Part shown: piece by piece, positions 52,799-64,000 of the stretch | Layout: every line of letters starts with the position of its first letter | Numbering within the stretch: position 1 is the first letter of the stretch | Assembly (NCBI GenBank): GCA_951406725.2 | Contig: OX597815.1 | Coordinates: 111,476,001-111,540,000 of the forward strand | Length of the DNA: 64,000 bases | Source: Octopus vulgaris | Taxonomy: Eukaryota | Reading direction: 5' to 3' | Position numbers and translations under genes: made by a program | Notes under the pieces: model-generated | Database searches by the model: none | Told to the model about the DNA's origin: nothing | What the model saw: only the letters and a program-made list of their open reading frames with translations

Positions 52799-55700
52799 CA
52801 GATAGATAGATAGATATGCAGTTGTATATACTACGAATTAAAAAAAAGATATTTGTGAAACTAATAAGTTTTAACTTACAACAATTTTCTTTATATATGG
52901 ATTCTTCTTGCAATAATATTTACTTATATTTTTTGTAACGCTTGTCTGCATTTGAATATTTTTCAGGATTCCATTATGTGGGAATCTTTGGATTGTGTGC
53001 TTATTGATAATTTTTATTTTGTCTTTTCACACAATACTTTCATAATTTTTTTCTTTAAATATTTACTTGTAATTCTGCATCGATTTCCTACACAGAAAGG
53101 GAAACAAATCTGACAGAAATATATTTAGAGAAGACAGCATTTTTGTTTTGTGTTTTAATGATTTGATGAAAACATTTCTGTTTATCTCAATATACGAGCA
53201 TGGCCTTGGAGAACACATTGATTTTAAATCCAGCAACCATAGGGAACACTTCAAAGGAGCATGAACTGAAAAGAAATATCTGATACCATAACGAAAATAT
53301 GAGAAAAGTGAACCTTTCTTTGATATAATAAGTCATAATTACTTTCATTCATATGGGTTTTTACCGGTTAGTCCTTATCATTTCCGACATTTGATGCATT
53401 CAAATATCGCAGCAATGTTTTGGGAGCAGGGAGATTAATTGTAGATTATTTGAAGCAATATCATTGAATCCTGTACAAATTCTTTATGGGACTTCACAAG
53501 CACAAAATTTCACTCAACCTTAGAGAATATATGATGATTTCTCGAAAGCATTTCTACTGATATGTTAATGACTGTACCATATTTGTGTGTGCGTGTGTTT
53601 TGTTGATCCTCAGCACTTATTGTGCAATGGTTGAGGATCTCTGCCTAGTTGACGAGAGACTTTTGCAAACTAGCCTGCCGACACAGCCGTATTATGTACC
53701 GTTCTCATACCACTTGAAAGATGAAGTTGCTTTACTCGGAATAAAGTTTCCTCACAGACGTTTTTGACACAACCCTTCACCTCACAGTAGGCTTTAATTA
53801 TCTCAGAGCACGATCGTGATTCCACTTTTGGTGTCAGCGTGTTTCAAATGAGATATCAGGTGGGATTTAAAGCCAATCTTGTGAGACAGTGTTTTCAAAC
53901 CATATTAGGTAGCTTTCCATGTTGCGAGACAACTTTCTGACCTGATCCTCTGCCAATATAGCAGAGTGGACGGCTTTTGAATGCAAATTTGAGCGGAAGC
54001 ATAATAAAAGAGTGCTCATTTCTGCAATGCCGCAGCAATTTCAAATAAGAACACAGCAATAGTAATATGCTTCAGTAATTCTGAAAACTAGTTGTAAACG
54101 ACCCCCAACTGTTGCTCATGTAAGACATTATTGTTTAATACAAAATTTCCTGGAAATTTATTTATAAATTAAATTCTTCTCCGAGTGTTCAATGATCTGC
54201 TGTTTAATGCAATGTATTACATATCTGTACAGCATTTCATTATTTAATATATAATAATATATAACTAACTAGAGAATATTAGTTCACAACAAAAGATAAG
54301 TAGAAGTGAAAACAAATGTTATCTCAAATGAAAGCTGTTTAACTACTGCTGAATATATATGAAATTCTTTACTTTTTCAAATAATTTTAAGATATGAAAT
54401 GCAGACCAGATTGTTCCTAAGTGAAATATCCATGGAAGCAACCTCATTCTGATAACATATGAAAATCAGATTAGCCAGTAAATACCCACCCCTTCAAATA
54501 CATGCAATAGGGAAACATTAAGAATTGCAAGGAATTTCAATTTATATACTTCGTCTACTCGACAATTCTAACTACACGTGCTAGAATATGAAGATACAAA
54601 ATATTTTAATTTCACCAACAGGGTCATAAAGATAGAATGGGAGCTTCCAGCCCTTGAAGTGTTCTATGTAAAATTGACAATAACCCAAACAGGATTCTTT
54701 AATATGCAGTACAACGTCTGGTGGATATACTGATTGACATACCGATACTGTCAGTTTTTTTTTGTTCCAATGCTAAATTCTCCAAGCATAAAAACAAAAT
54801 ATTGTGCTCCAGTTCCATCGCCTTTATTTACACTTTTTAAAAATATTTCCTTCTCAATAGTTCTACCATGAATGTTCTAAACATGCTAGAGTGAAACATC
54901 TGGCTTTGACATTATTGTCTTACTGCATACACTTGTAATATTCTAAATATTCCTAAGTCAATGATATATTGATACCGCTACATACATGCGTTTAAGCAAA
55001 ACTGATTATTAACGCCATAATTGACAAGCTGATCAATCTCCAAATGATTGGACTATTATTTTCGTATACAAAGCCGAGGTCGAAATACTTGATCAATAAC
55101 TGGTGAAGCAATTGCAATAGTAATTCTTATATGCTGAGAGTTTTCCACAAGCAATATACAGAACATGCATTCCTTCCCAGTTTCACCCAGCACAGCAAGA
55201 AAATAAATTCTAGCTTCTCGTTGCCGAAAGCTTTAAGAATAACAAAAATAATCCGCCGTCTTCATTGCCGTGAATTTGGTTGTGTTAGCATTTCGATAGG
55301 AACATGCGTCAATATTGTATGATGTCGTTCTCAATCTTTCTTTTGGTTTATCATTGTATTCAGTATGTTTAGGTAGAGGGACGGTATATTTTAAAATTCT
55401 TTAAGTTCATATCCTAGAACGTCTTCTCAATTTCAGCGAAGTCAGTATTGTAGACTTTATGTGTGTATCCTATCTCGATGTTGGGATTTCACAGGATCTT
55501 AACAGCAGAGCAGATAGAAGTGTAAGGCACTTTTCGGTTTGAATTCCAGATGCTGTCGATATTCATGCATCCAACTGAGCCAGACTCTGCAACAAACCAA
55601 TTCTAATGCATGCCAATTTGTGGGTGGTGCAAATTTCACCAAAGAGTGAAACGAATCGAATGGAACATCTGCAAGAAGGAGATGAGGCTGATGGGTGAAG

Positions 55701-56874
55701 GTAAAAATTTATCTTTCAACAGATTTCCTCTTTATACTGGCAGCAGGTAGGTATAAATTAATATGTATATTCACATGAATAATGCCTACCGCATACACTT
55801 AGAACAGCATAAGTACGAAAACTCTGATCAGCTACCCGCATAATTTCAGTTTTATAAACATATTTTATATACATAATGTTATTCTAATAGAATTATTCTA
55901 TTATTAGTCTGTGTAGTCTTCGAAGCTATATAAAAAGTTTGAAGATGAAAGAAATCGCAGGTTCGAATTCATTAACTCAAAACCGAAGCAGTTAAATAAT
56001 GAATACGTAATGTATATTTCGCATCAACTTCTCATGATCGCTAACATATACATTAAAATGAAGAAAGATTATCGGCGATTTATCACACGGAACACCATGG
56101 ATATTATAATTGTTTTAATTAAAACCACTATAAAATTTAATTCCTTTAGAGACTGAAGATATAAAATCAGAAGAATAAGGGACATACTACGTATAAATGT
56201 GTTTTGTTGTATTCCAAATTCATGCAATGTGTGCTCTGACAGAAACCAAAGGAAATACGAACCTGTATTGCAAAGAAATATAACTGAGTCGTTACCATTA
56301 ATTTACATTGTGTTATAACTAATGGCGGATCAATAGAAATAAAATATATGAAGAAAATATGAATACAGTGCAAAGTATTGTGGAATACAGAAATGAAATA
56401 ATAACAGTGCAATATATGGATGGAGGTAGACCATTAATAATTTGGTTACAATTAGTAGAACGAAATCATGTCTTTTGGACCAATCAGCTTAAATCAAAAA
56501 TCGATGCACGTTCTTGTCAATCCTATGGTGTAGCCTACTAACTATTAAGTAATCGGATTTCTATCAGTTTAGCCATATACATAAATGTATTTGTGTATGT
56601 ATCTGTATATTACATATAAATGTATGTTTACGTGTTATATGCATGCAAATCCATACATACATGCATACGTATATACACACACAGGCACACATACACACAT
56701 ACATACATACCTATACGTATATGATTATATATGTGTATTCTTGCGTGAGTCCGTATGTATTGGTATTGATATCAATAAATATATATTTATGGATAGACAG
56801 ATGGATAAATATGCAGGTACCCAATTGGTTTGACAGACAGACAGGTAGAGAGACAGGCACACATACAGTCAGTC

Positions 56875-56997
<123 letters not shown>

Positions 56998-57011
56998 AAG
57001 AAAGATAGATT

Positions 57012-57093
<82 letters not shown>

Positions 57094-58022
57094 AGAGATT
57101 CGTTTCCTTTCTGTAAGTGAATATATAGGTTAGTGTGGTTCAGAGATGAATTATATAGCCAGTGGAAATAATCTGCAAATTAGTTGATGATGTGACTAAG
57201 CAGAAAGTAGAAAAAGATGTAAAAGGGAAAGAGTGAAAGGAGTTAAAATTATCTAATAATGAGAACAATTATTTATGAAATAAATTGAGTGCTAGCGGCA
57301 GAACTATATTATTTCGTGATCATCATCTGAACTTGGATTAATTATACAGACCTATACATGCAAACTTCGATCTCATAACGACATATAGGAAAGGAATATA
57401 TGACTCAGATGTTAATGAGCTGATGTGATGAGAGCAGCTGTTATCGGTGTATAAGCTATTATATGAACAGTGGCGAACTGTGATTGGTTGTATATTCTTC
57501 TTAGATATGAATTGTGTGTAAGCATTGCGATGAATTTCTAGACATCAACAAATCCGCTTTGTAGGAGTTTACAACAGACAAATGTGTCAGCGAAATCTCT
57601 ATCTCAAAACACCCACGTTTTATGAAAATAAAAGTTCCGTTAATTAATGTTCTAGATACGTAAAAGATGGTAACATTGCTCGAATAGTTCGATAACTGAT
57701 CTGCTCAATTAAAGCTCACATCTGTCTAATTATAACAGTATCCAACAACCCTCACGTCAAGATATTATCTCTTGTGTGTCTGCTTCTACAGGTACTATTT
57801 GTTCATTAGAATATTTATGCGTTGCCTTTAGACACAAGTCTACCAGATTACAGTTCTATATCTAAGAGATGAGGGATTATGTACAGTATTCACATTTGAA
57901 GATATTTGTCCTCATCTTGTTTGTTGTTAACACAACGTTTCGGCAGATATACCCTCTTGCCTTAATCAGGTGTGTTGGGGGAAATTTCGAACCTGGGTTC
58001 TCATTCCTAGGTTATTTTTCCA

Positions 58023-58110
<88 letters not shown>

Positions 58111-58111
<1 letters not shown>

Positions 58112-58735
58112 TGTAGTCTTATTTTAATAACGTGCTCTCGCTTCACTACAGAGCGCAGATCTGCTTGTCTTGGGTATGTGCAGTGGTTTGCTGTGATGCT
58201 CTTATTGCTGTATTGATGCTTTTATTGCTGTGATGCTCTTATTACTGTATTGAAAATGTTCTGAATAGGATGTGTGTAGTGCCCAGTAGTGCAATTTTCT
58301 GTATGTTGTATATATTTGTAAGTCCTGGTGTTTTTGTTATGTATTTTTCTGAATATTTTTTATAGTACCTAATGCGTCCACTATGATAGCAATTGTTTCT
58401 GTTTTTAGATTCCACATTCTAGTTACCTCTATTTCTACGTCTTTGTATTTTGAAAGTTTCTCCATTTCTTTTAGAGAAACGTTGTCATCTGTTGATGTTG
58501 ATACATCAATTAGAAAGCATTTCTTTTCTTCCTGATCTCTAACAACTATATCTGGCATTTTGATCTTATTCCTCTATCTGTGTGTATTGGCACATCTCAG
58601 AGAATGGTTGCTTTCTCGTTTTCTTTGACATTTTCTGGCGTGTGACTATACCATCTTTTTTCTGTTGTTATTCCATAGTGCTGGGGTAGCTTCCATTGAA
58701 TGTAGGTCCAAACCCTGTTGTGTCTCTGAATATAT
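58111..58735 (-). mobile_element. R4/Dong-like 3' fragment inserted in (TAA)n
   Basis: PDIVVRDQEEKKCFLIDVS...KLSKYKDVEIEVTRMW...IIVDALG. Confidence 0.85.
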
Positions 58736-58902
58736 TCCTTCTTCTTCTTCTTCTTCTTCTTCTTCTTCTTCTTCTTCTTCTTCTTCTTTTTCTTCTTTGT
58801 CTTCTTCTTCTTCTTCTTCTTCTTCTCTTCTCCTACTCCTCCTCCTTCTTCTTCTTCTTTTTCTTCTTCTTCTCCCGCCTCCTCCTCCTCCTTCTTCTTC
58901 GC

Positions 58903-58950
<48 letters not shown>

Positions 58951-59050
58951 CTCACTGCCTGGAGACGAACTCGGAATCTTGGAGTTAGTAACCCTCGCCC
59001 CTAACCACTACGGCACATGGCGTAGTAGTGTAGTGGTTAAGAGCGGCCAT

Positions 59051-59123
59051 GGGCATATGGCGTAGTGGTTAAGAGCGCGGGCTACTAACCCTAAGATTCC
59101 GAGTTCGATTCTAGACAGTGACC
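59051..59123 (+). ncRNA. tRNA-derived Pol III head (not a functional tRNA); inverted copy at 58946-59020
   Basis: A-box TGGCGTAGTGG, B-box GAGTTCGATTC, anticodon-loop-like CTACTAA; imperfect acceptor and T stems. Confidence 0.75.
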
Positions 59124-59168
59124 TGAATACTACTACTACTACTACTACTGATGATGATGATGATGATG

Positions 59169-59238
<70 letters not shown>

Positions 59239-59252
59239 TAATAATAATAATA

Positions 59253-59820
59253 AGTCATTATATAATCAAAACCGCTGACAAATGGTATAAACACCATCCT
59301 GAAGCCGTGACTGAAGGTGAAAATGTATCGATTCTATAGGACTTCCCTGTACATAACGACAAAGCTATAAAATCTAATAAACCGGATATTATTATAAAAT
59401 ATCAGACAAAAAAGATGTGTTTATTAATTGACATGATTATTCCTTGCTATCACAATGTAGACTTGCTAATAAAAATTGAAAAAATGTGGCATCTTAAGGC
59501 GACTACAGTACCAGTGATTGTAGGATCTCTGGGAATGATAAAAAAGGTACTGAAACCTATTTGAAAATGATACTAGGCTTACCATTCCTACAGGAAGTGC
59601 AAAATCTCGTGTTAACTGAAACGGCTCGTGTACTGAGAACATTATAGCTGTGAAAACAATATCCATTCATGAATTTATTTATTTATTATTATTTTTTTAA
59701 ATACATATTTTATCGGTGAATTAGCGTGTGTAATCCGGGAGTACATACAATGAGCTTCTCTGCCCAAGGTGTACGGAAAACACTTGGCGAGAAAGGGAAG
59801 AAAATTTGAAGAAAAAAGGA
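59253..59820 (+). mobile_element. Second, different R4/Dong-like 3' fragment inserted in (TAA)n
   Basis: KWYKHHPEAV, NKPDIII..KKMCLLIDM and VPVIVGSLG motifs. Confidence 0.8.
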
Positions 59821-60683
59821 AATAATAATAATAATAACATCGAAAAAAAACCTTAGGAAAGAGAACCCAGTTTCGAAATTTCCCCAATGCACCTGATAAA
59901 GCCTGGAGGGTATATCAGCCGCAACATTGTGTTAACAACAAACAAGATGAGGACAAATATCCGTTAAATGTAGATATTGTAAATAATGTCTACCAGATTA
60001 GCTCTATGGAATTAAATAACATACTACTTTTAAATACTCTTTAGTGACAATGAAAACGTTAAGTTTTCATTTTCATGAATGGGTGGTAGGAATAAAACCA
60101 ATGACGGTAATTTCACCTTTCGGTAGCATAATACCAACCAACACATACGCACAAAAACACAATCACATACGCACATTTAATTAATTTGCTAAGAAGTACG
60201 CTTAATCGTCATTAATTACAGATTTTTATAATTCATTTATCCGTGATAAAAATAGGAAAGTTTACATGTGTATTAGAGTCAGTTTCTTTTAAAACATAAT
60301 ACAAAGGGGAGTGTTGCGGTCACTGATATATATTATGATTATAGATGGATGTGGGCTTGCTTATTCGCAAGTGCATGGGTATGTGGATGCGCTGTATATT
60401 TGTATGTTTGTTTGATACAAAATTTTATCTTTTACTCGTTTTATTTATTAGAATCTGGCCATGCTGGGGCACCACATTGAAGAATTTTAGTCGATTGAAT
60501 CAATGGCAGTACTGTTTGTCTTAAGGCTAATGCTTATTTTATTGATAAATTTTGCCATGCCGCTAACTTACCGGTACGAAAACACACCAACACCGGTTAT
60601 CAAACGGCGTAGGGTACAAACACAGACACAGAGAAGTATATACATACACAAACACAGACACACAGAAGCACATACATACATTC

Positions 60684-60743
<60 letters not shown>

Positions 60744-60811
60744 TTTTATATTCTATGTAGTTTCAGCTCACGAGCTGTGGCCATGCTGGGGCATCGCCAT
60801 ATATATATATT

Positions 60812-61629
60812 TAATTTACAAGGGCAGAAGAAAAATTCTAATGCCAAAAATGCCGAAACAAAAAATTGTCGATAACCATTATAATTTAAGCGTCTCGAAA
60901 CAAACCGATAGAAATCTCTAAAGAATTCGTTATTACCGTATTGGTCCAAATTCGGGGTTAATTCATAAGAAAATTTGCCCCTCTTCAGCGGCAAATACGC
61001 GAGATATAAGTGAAATACTTACTCATGCCCATGGAAAGAGCAAGCACCAAGTCCTGAGCAGACCTAAGTACCCCAAATATATCCAAAATAGAAAAATCTT
61101 CGGCATATCTCGAGACACGTGTGATTGGGACTAGGAACTTTCACAGAGTGATAGAATCCGGAAGTGAACACTATTCAATTTATAATTAATGTAGGATAAA
61201 ACTTTTTTCGGTAAAAATTTTTATCAATGGCCAGCATATCAAAAAATACCTTTAAAGGTTAAACTTATAAATAATTTACAAGATAAGGGCTGAAGAAAAA
61301 TTCTAATGCCAAATATGCCGAAACAAAAAATTGTCGATAACCATTATAATTTACGCGTATTTGCCGCTGAAGAGGGGAAAATTTTCTTATGAATTAACCC
61401 TGAAATTGGCCCAATACGGTAATAACGAATTTTTTTAGAGAATTCTATCGGTTTCTTTCGAGACGCATAAATTATAATGGTTATCGACATTTTTTTGTTT
61501 CGGCATATTTGGCATTAGAATTTTTCTTCTGCCCTTATCTTGTAAATTATTTATAAATTTAACCTTTAAAGGTACTTTTTTGATATGTTGGCCATTGATA
61601 AAAATTTTTTCCCGAAAAAACTTTTATTC

Positions 61630-61636
<7 letters not shown>
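60812..61636. mobile_element. 465-nt hammerhead unit (about 1.17 copies) plus an inverted permuted fragment, in (TA)n
   Basis: Direct repeat 60812-60888 = 61272-61353. 61353-61636 is the reverse complement of the unit and reads through the monomer junction. Confidence 0.88.
61363..61420 (+). ncRNA. Type I hammerhead ribozyme (minus-strand copy at 60935-60992 with GAAA->GAAT)
   Basis: gccg CTGAAGA gggg..ccct GAAA ttgg-c-ccaa TA cggt; AUA triplet. Confidence 0.85.
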
Positions 61637-61689
<53 letters not shown>

Positions 61690-61754
61690 TATATAATACA
61701 CACACACATAATACACACGCACAAACAAAGACACACAAACATATATTATATATG

Positions 61755-61905
61755 GTTGGCCTCTTTGACTTTCCGCCTACCAAATCTACTCACAAGGATT
61801 TGGTCGGCCCTGGGCTATAGTAGAAGATCCTTCCACAAGGTGCCATGCAGTGGGACTAAACCCGGAAGCATGTGGTTGGGAAGCATTTTTCTTTCGACAC
61901 AGCCA
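61755..61905 (-). mobile_element. SINE family B 5' part (other partial minus-strand copies at 49055-49195, 52170-52280, 60430-60630)
   Basis: Reverse complement of the 18966/34921 family. Confidence 0.75.
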
Positions 61906-62129
61906 TCATTTTATGTATGTATGCATATATGTCTCTTCTATTTTTTAATTATTACAAATCTTCCGCAGAAGAGGGTGCCGGATTCTAACAAAGATACAAG
62001 GCTCCGTCTCTGGAATGTAGTTAACATAGACAACTTCACATTTGGAACTTGAGAAAAGTTTTGCATATTTCTACTGTTCCACTCACAGATTTCACTTGTA
62101 ATGTACGAATCAGCCGGTTGATTTTTCAT

Positions 62130-62290
62130 TCTGAAAATCCCAATTCATCCTAATTCACCATTAAGCATTTACTAACGAAACCTAGTGCTCCAATTATTGT
62201 TGGTATGAATATGAATTCATAGTCTGGATATAGAAGCTGGAGGTTTCGCAGCAGTTGTCCATAGATATACTCTTTTTCTTTGATTATACA
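62130..62290 (-). mobile_element. REL-type (R4/Dong-like) LINE 3' fragment
   Basis: KEKEYIYGQLLRNLQLLYPDYEFIFIPTIIGALG. Confidence 0.7.
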
Positions 62291-64000
62291 CTGCATACAA
62301 TCTTTTAAATATGCATTATAGTCTGAATTCATTCTGACAAATTAACATAAGGAAACAATGTAATTATTTTGGTTTCTAGTACCGATATAAATATTTTATA
62401 AACACTAAAAATGGCTTATTTTTTACGTTGGAAATCTATATGATCATCTGTATTTGAGGAGAGCAGTCTCTTTCAAATTAATGTAATGTTTTAATTCATC
62501 GATTGAATGGAGCCGCTTGAAATGGCCGTAATACAATGATACCTGGACATACTTGTTACTTATTTGAATTATGTTCACCTAAATTCCAGGTGCACGGAAT
62601 ATACCGGACTGGCTTCGTTCCACACTTTAAGTAGCTAATTGAACTGAATCTTAATTATATATATCTGTATATGTATATGTATATTCATACATGTACGCAT
62701 ACATATACTCAACCATACGAATATATATATACATGCACACACATCCACACAGACACACAAACATACGCACGCACGCACACATACACACACACACACACAT
62801 ATACATTCTTTAAATTTTTGTTTCAGATTTAAAGGTGTGGTCTTACATATATATCTTGTATATAAATGCTAGTGTGGTTATGTGTGTATATTTCAACCAA
62901 GAAGGCTCTGAAACGATGCATTCGCAAACAATTTTGAAATCTGCGTTACAAAGACAGTAAATATATGTTTACTATGTATGTATATCATGTATGCACAAAC
63001 TCAATATTTTTTATATAATAAATTTCTTTTATTCATCGAAATATATCCAATTCATTTTCACATGTATCTAAACGTTCTTGATTTATAGAAAGCAGATTTT
63101 GAACATTTTGCTATTCTCATACACTGTCTCTGAGTAATGTAGCTGTTCATATTTTTTTGTAACAGCATTTTGTATTCTTTTTCTTGCCATGGAAATGAAA
63201 CGTGTTAGAGAAGAGAAAATTTATTCTTATCAGCGAACGATATAACTAATAAAATGTATACGGATTTATAGACATATATTCAAATAGTCATAGACTGATA
63301 CATTTGAATACGTTTAACATTACTGGGCAAAGAAACATGGAACAGCTTCATTTTTTTTACTTTGAAGCCTTACTCAAATTTGTCTGGCTTCTTTCATCCA
63401 CGAATGTAACGTTATTTTTCCATTCTTTCTTTCCTTATTTTTGTTTCTTTATTGTTCATTCTTATAATCCTTTTACATCTCATTATATTATCATCTATAT
63501 GTTTCAAGTCATCTCAACAGTAACCATGCATTGATAGTATGTGCTGCAACTAATTACTTTGCACTTCAATTCATTTCGAAAGAGGATACAGATTCCAAGC
63601 TCACGATATTTACCTATAAAATATAAGCTTACATTGCTTATTTTCTTCAGAGAAAATAACATATTCCTGTAGAACAGAAATGATATAGAAACCCTAAAAA
63701 GCATGAGTAGGTGTGATGGAGACAGTGACTATTAGCATACAAAGAAGTTTGCAGTGAATATAGTGACACATATGTACATGAATGTATGTTCTTTGGTGCA
63801 TCTTTTATGTGTGTGTGTATGAGTGTGTGTGTGTGAGTGAGTGTGTGCGCGAGCGTGTATGTGTGTGTATGTGTACAGCTGTAACAGCTCTAAACAGTTC
63901 TGAGGAGTAAACGGACATTAGGTTTATTAAAATAGGTTTGTGACGGAGAGAACATTTCTCTAAACTAGTAAAAGGTGTGAAAAGCAGACTCCACAACACG

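Larger units (their letters stand above)
57851..59987. mobile_element. Head-to-head palindrome of a tRNA-headed, hammerhead-tailed element, flanked by a 13-bp direct repeat (candidate TSD)
   Basis: GTCTACCAGATTA at 57838-57850 and 59988-60000. Inverted tails 57875-58030 / 59830-59987; inverted tRNA-like heads 58946-59020 / 59051-59127. Confidence 0.8.

Noticed and set aside
59051-59123. Functional tRNA-Ser(ACT) gene
   Set aside because: Stems are imperfect, there is no long variable arm, and it is embedded in a repeat with an inverted twin; treated as a SINE-like head.
61286-61342. Second apparent hammerhead CTGAAGA...GAAAcaaaaaattgTC
   Set aside because: Stems I and II do not pair, and the other two copies read CAGAAGA.

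Overview
Repeat-saturated, AT-rich eukaryotic DNA. The SINE families and the extreme (TA)n/(GATA)n/(TAA)n density look like an octopus/coleoid genome (inference). No intact host protein-coding gene is evident; most ORF-track calls are microsatellite read-throughs. Recognisable content: a young, 5'-truncated Penelope-like retroelement (RT + GIY-YIG, open for about 1.85 kb, 35.36-38.2 kb); decayed Tc1/mariner transposons; Helitrons; RTE, L1/Tx1, CR1/L2-like and R4/Dong-like LINE fragments; and many tRNA-derived SINEs. The main signal is a set of sequence-unrelated, non-coding modules of about 465-560 nt, inserted in microsatellites, each carrying a type I hammerhead ribozyme (CUGAnGA...GAAA, palindromic stem III, long stem II). 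They occur as a >99% identical head-to-tail array of a 505-bp unit with 7 ribozyme copies (26.77-30.1 kb) and as circularly permuted or fold-back insertions (41.97-43.12, 45.55-46.26 and 60.81-61.64 kb). A palindrome of a tRNA-headed element with a degenerate hammerhead lies at 57.85-59.99 kb. Together these suggest a diverse family of retrozyme-like or Penelope-dependent self-cleaving (possibly circular) RNAs. All ribozyme calls come from manual base-pairing, not from computation or experiment.
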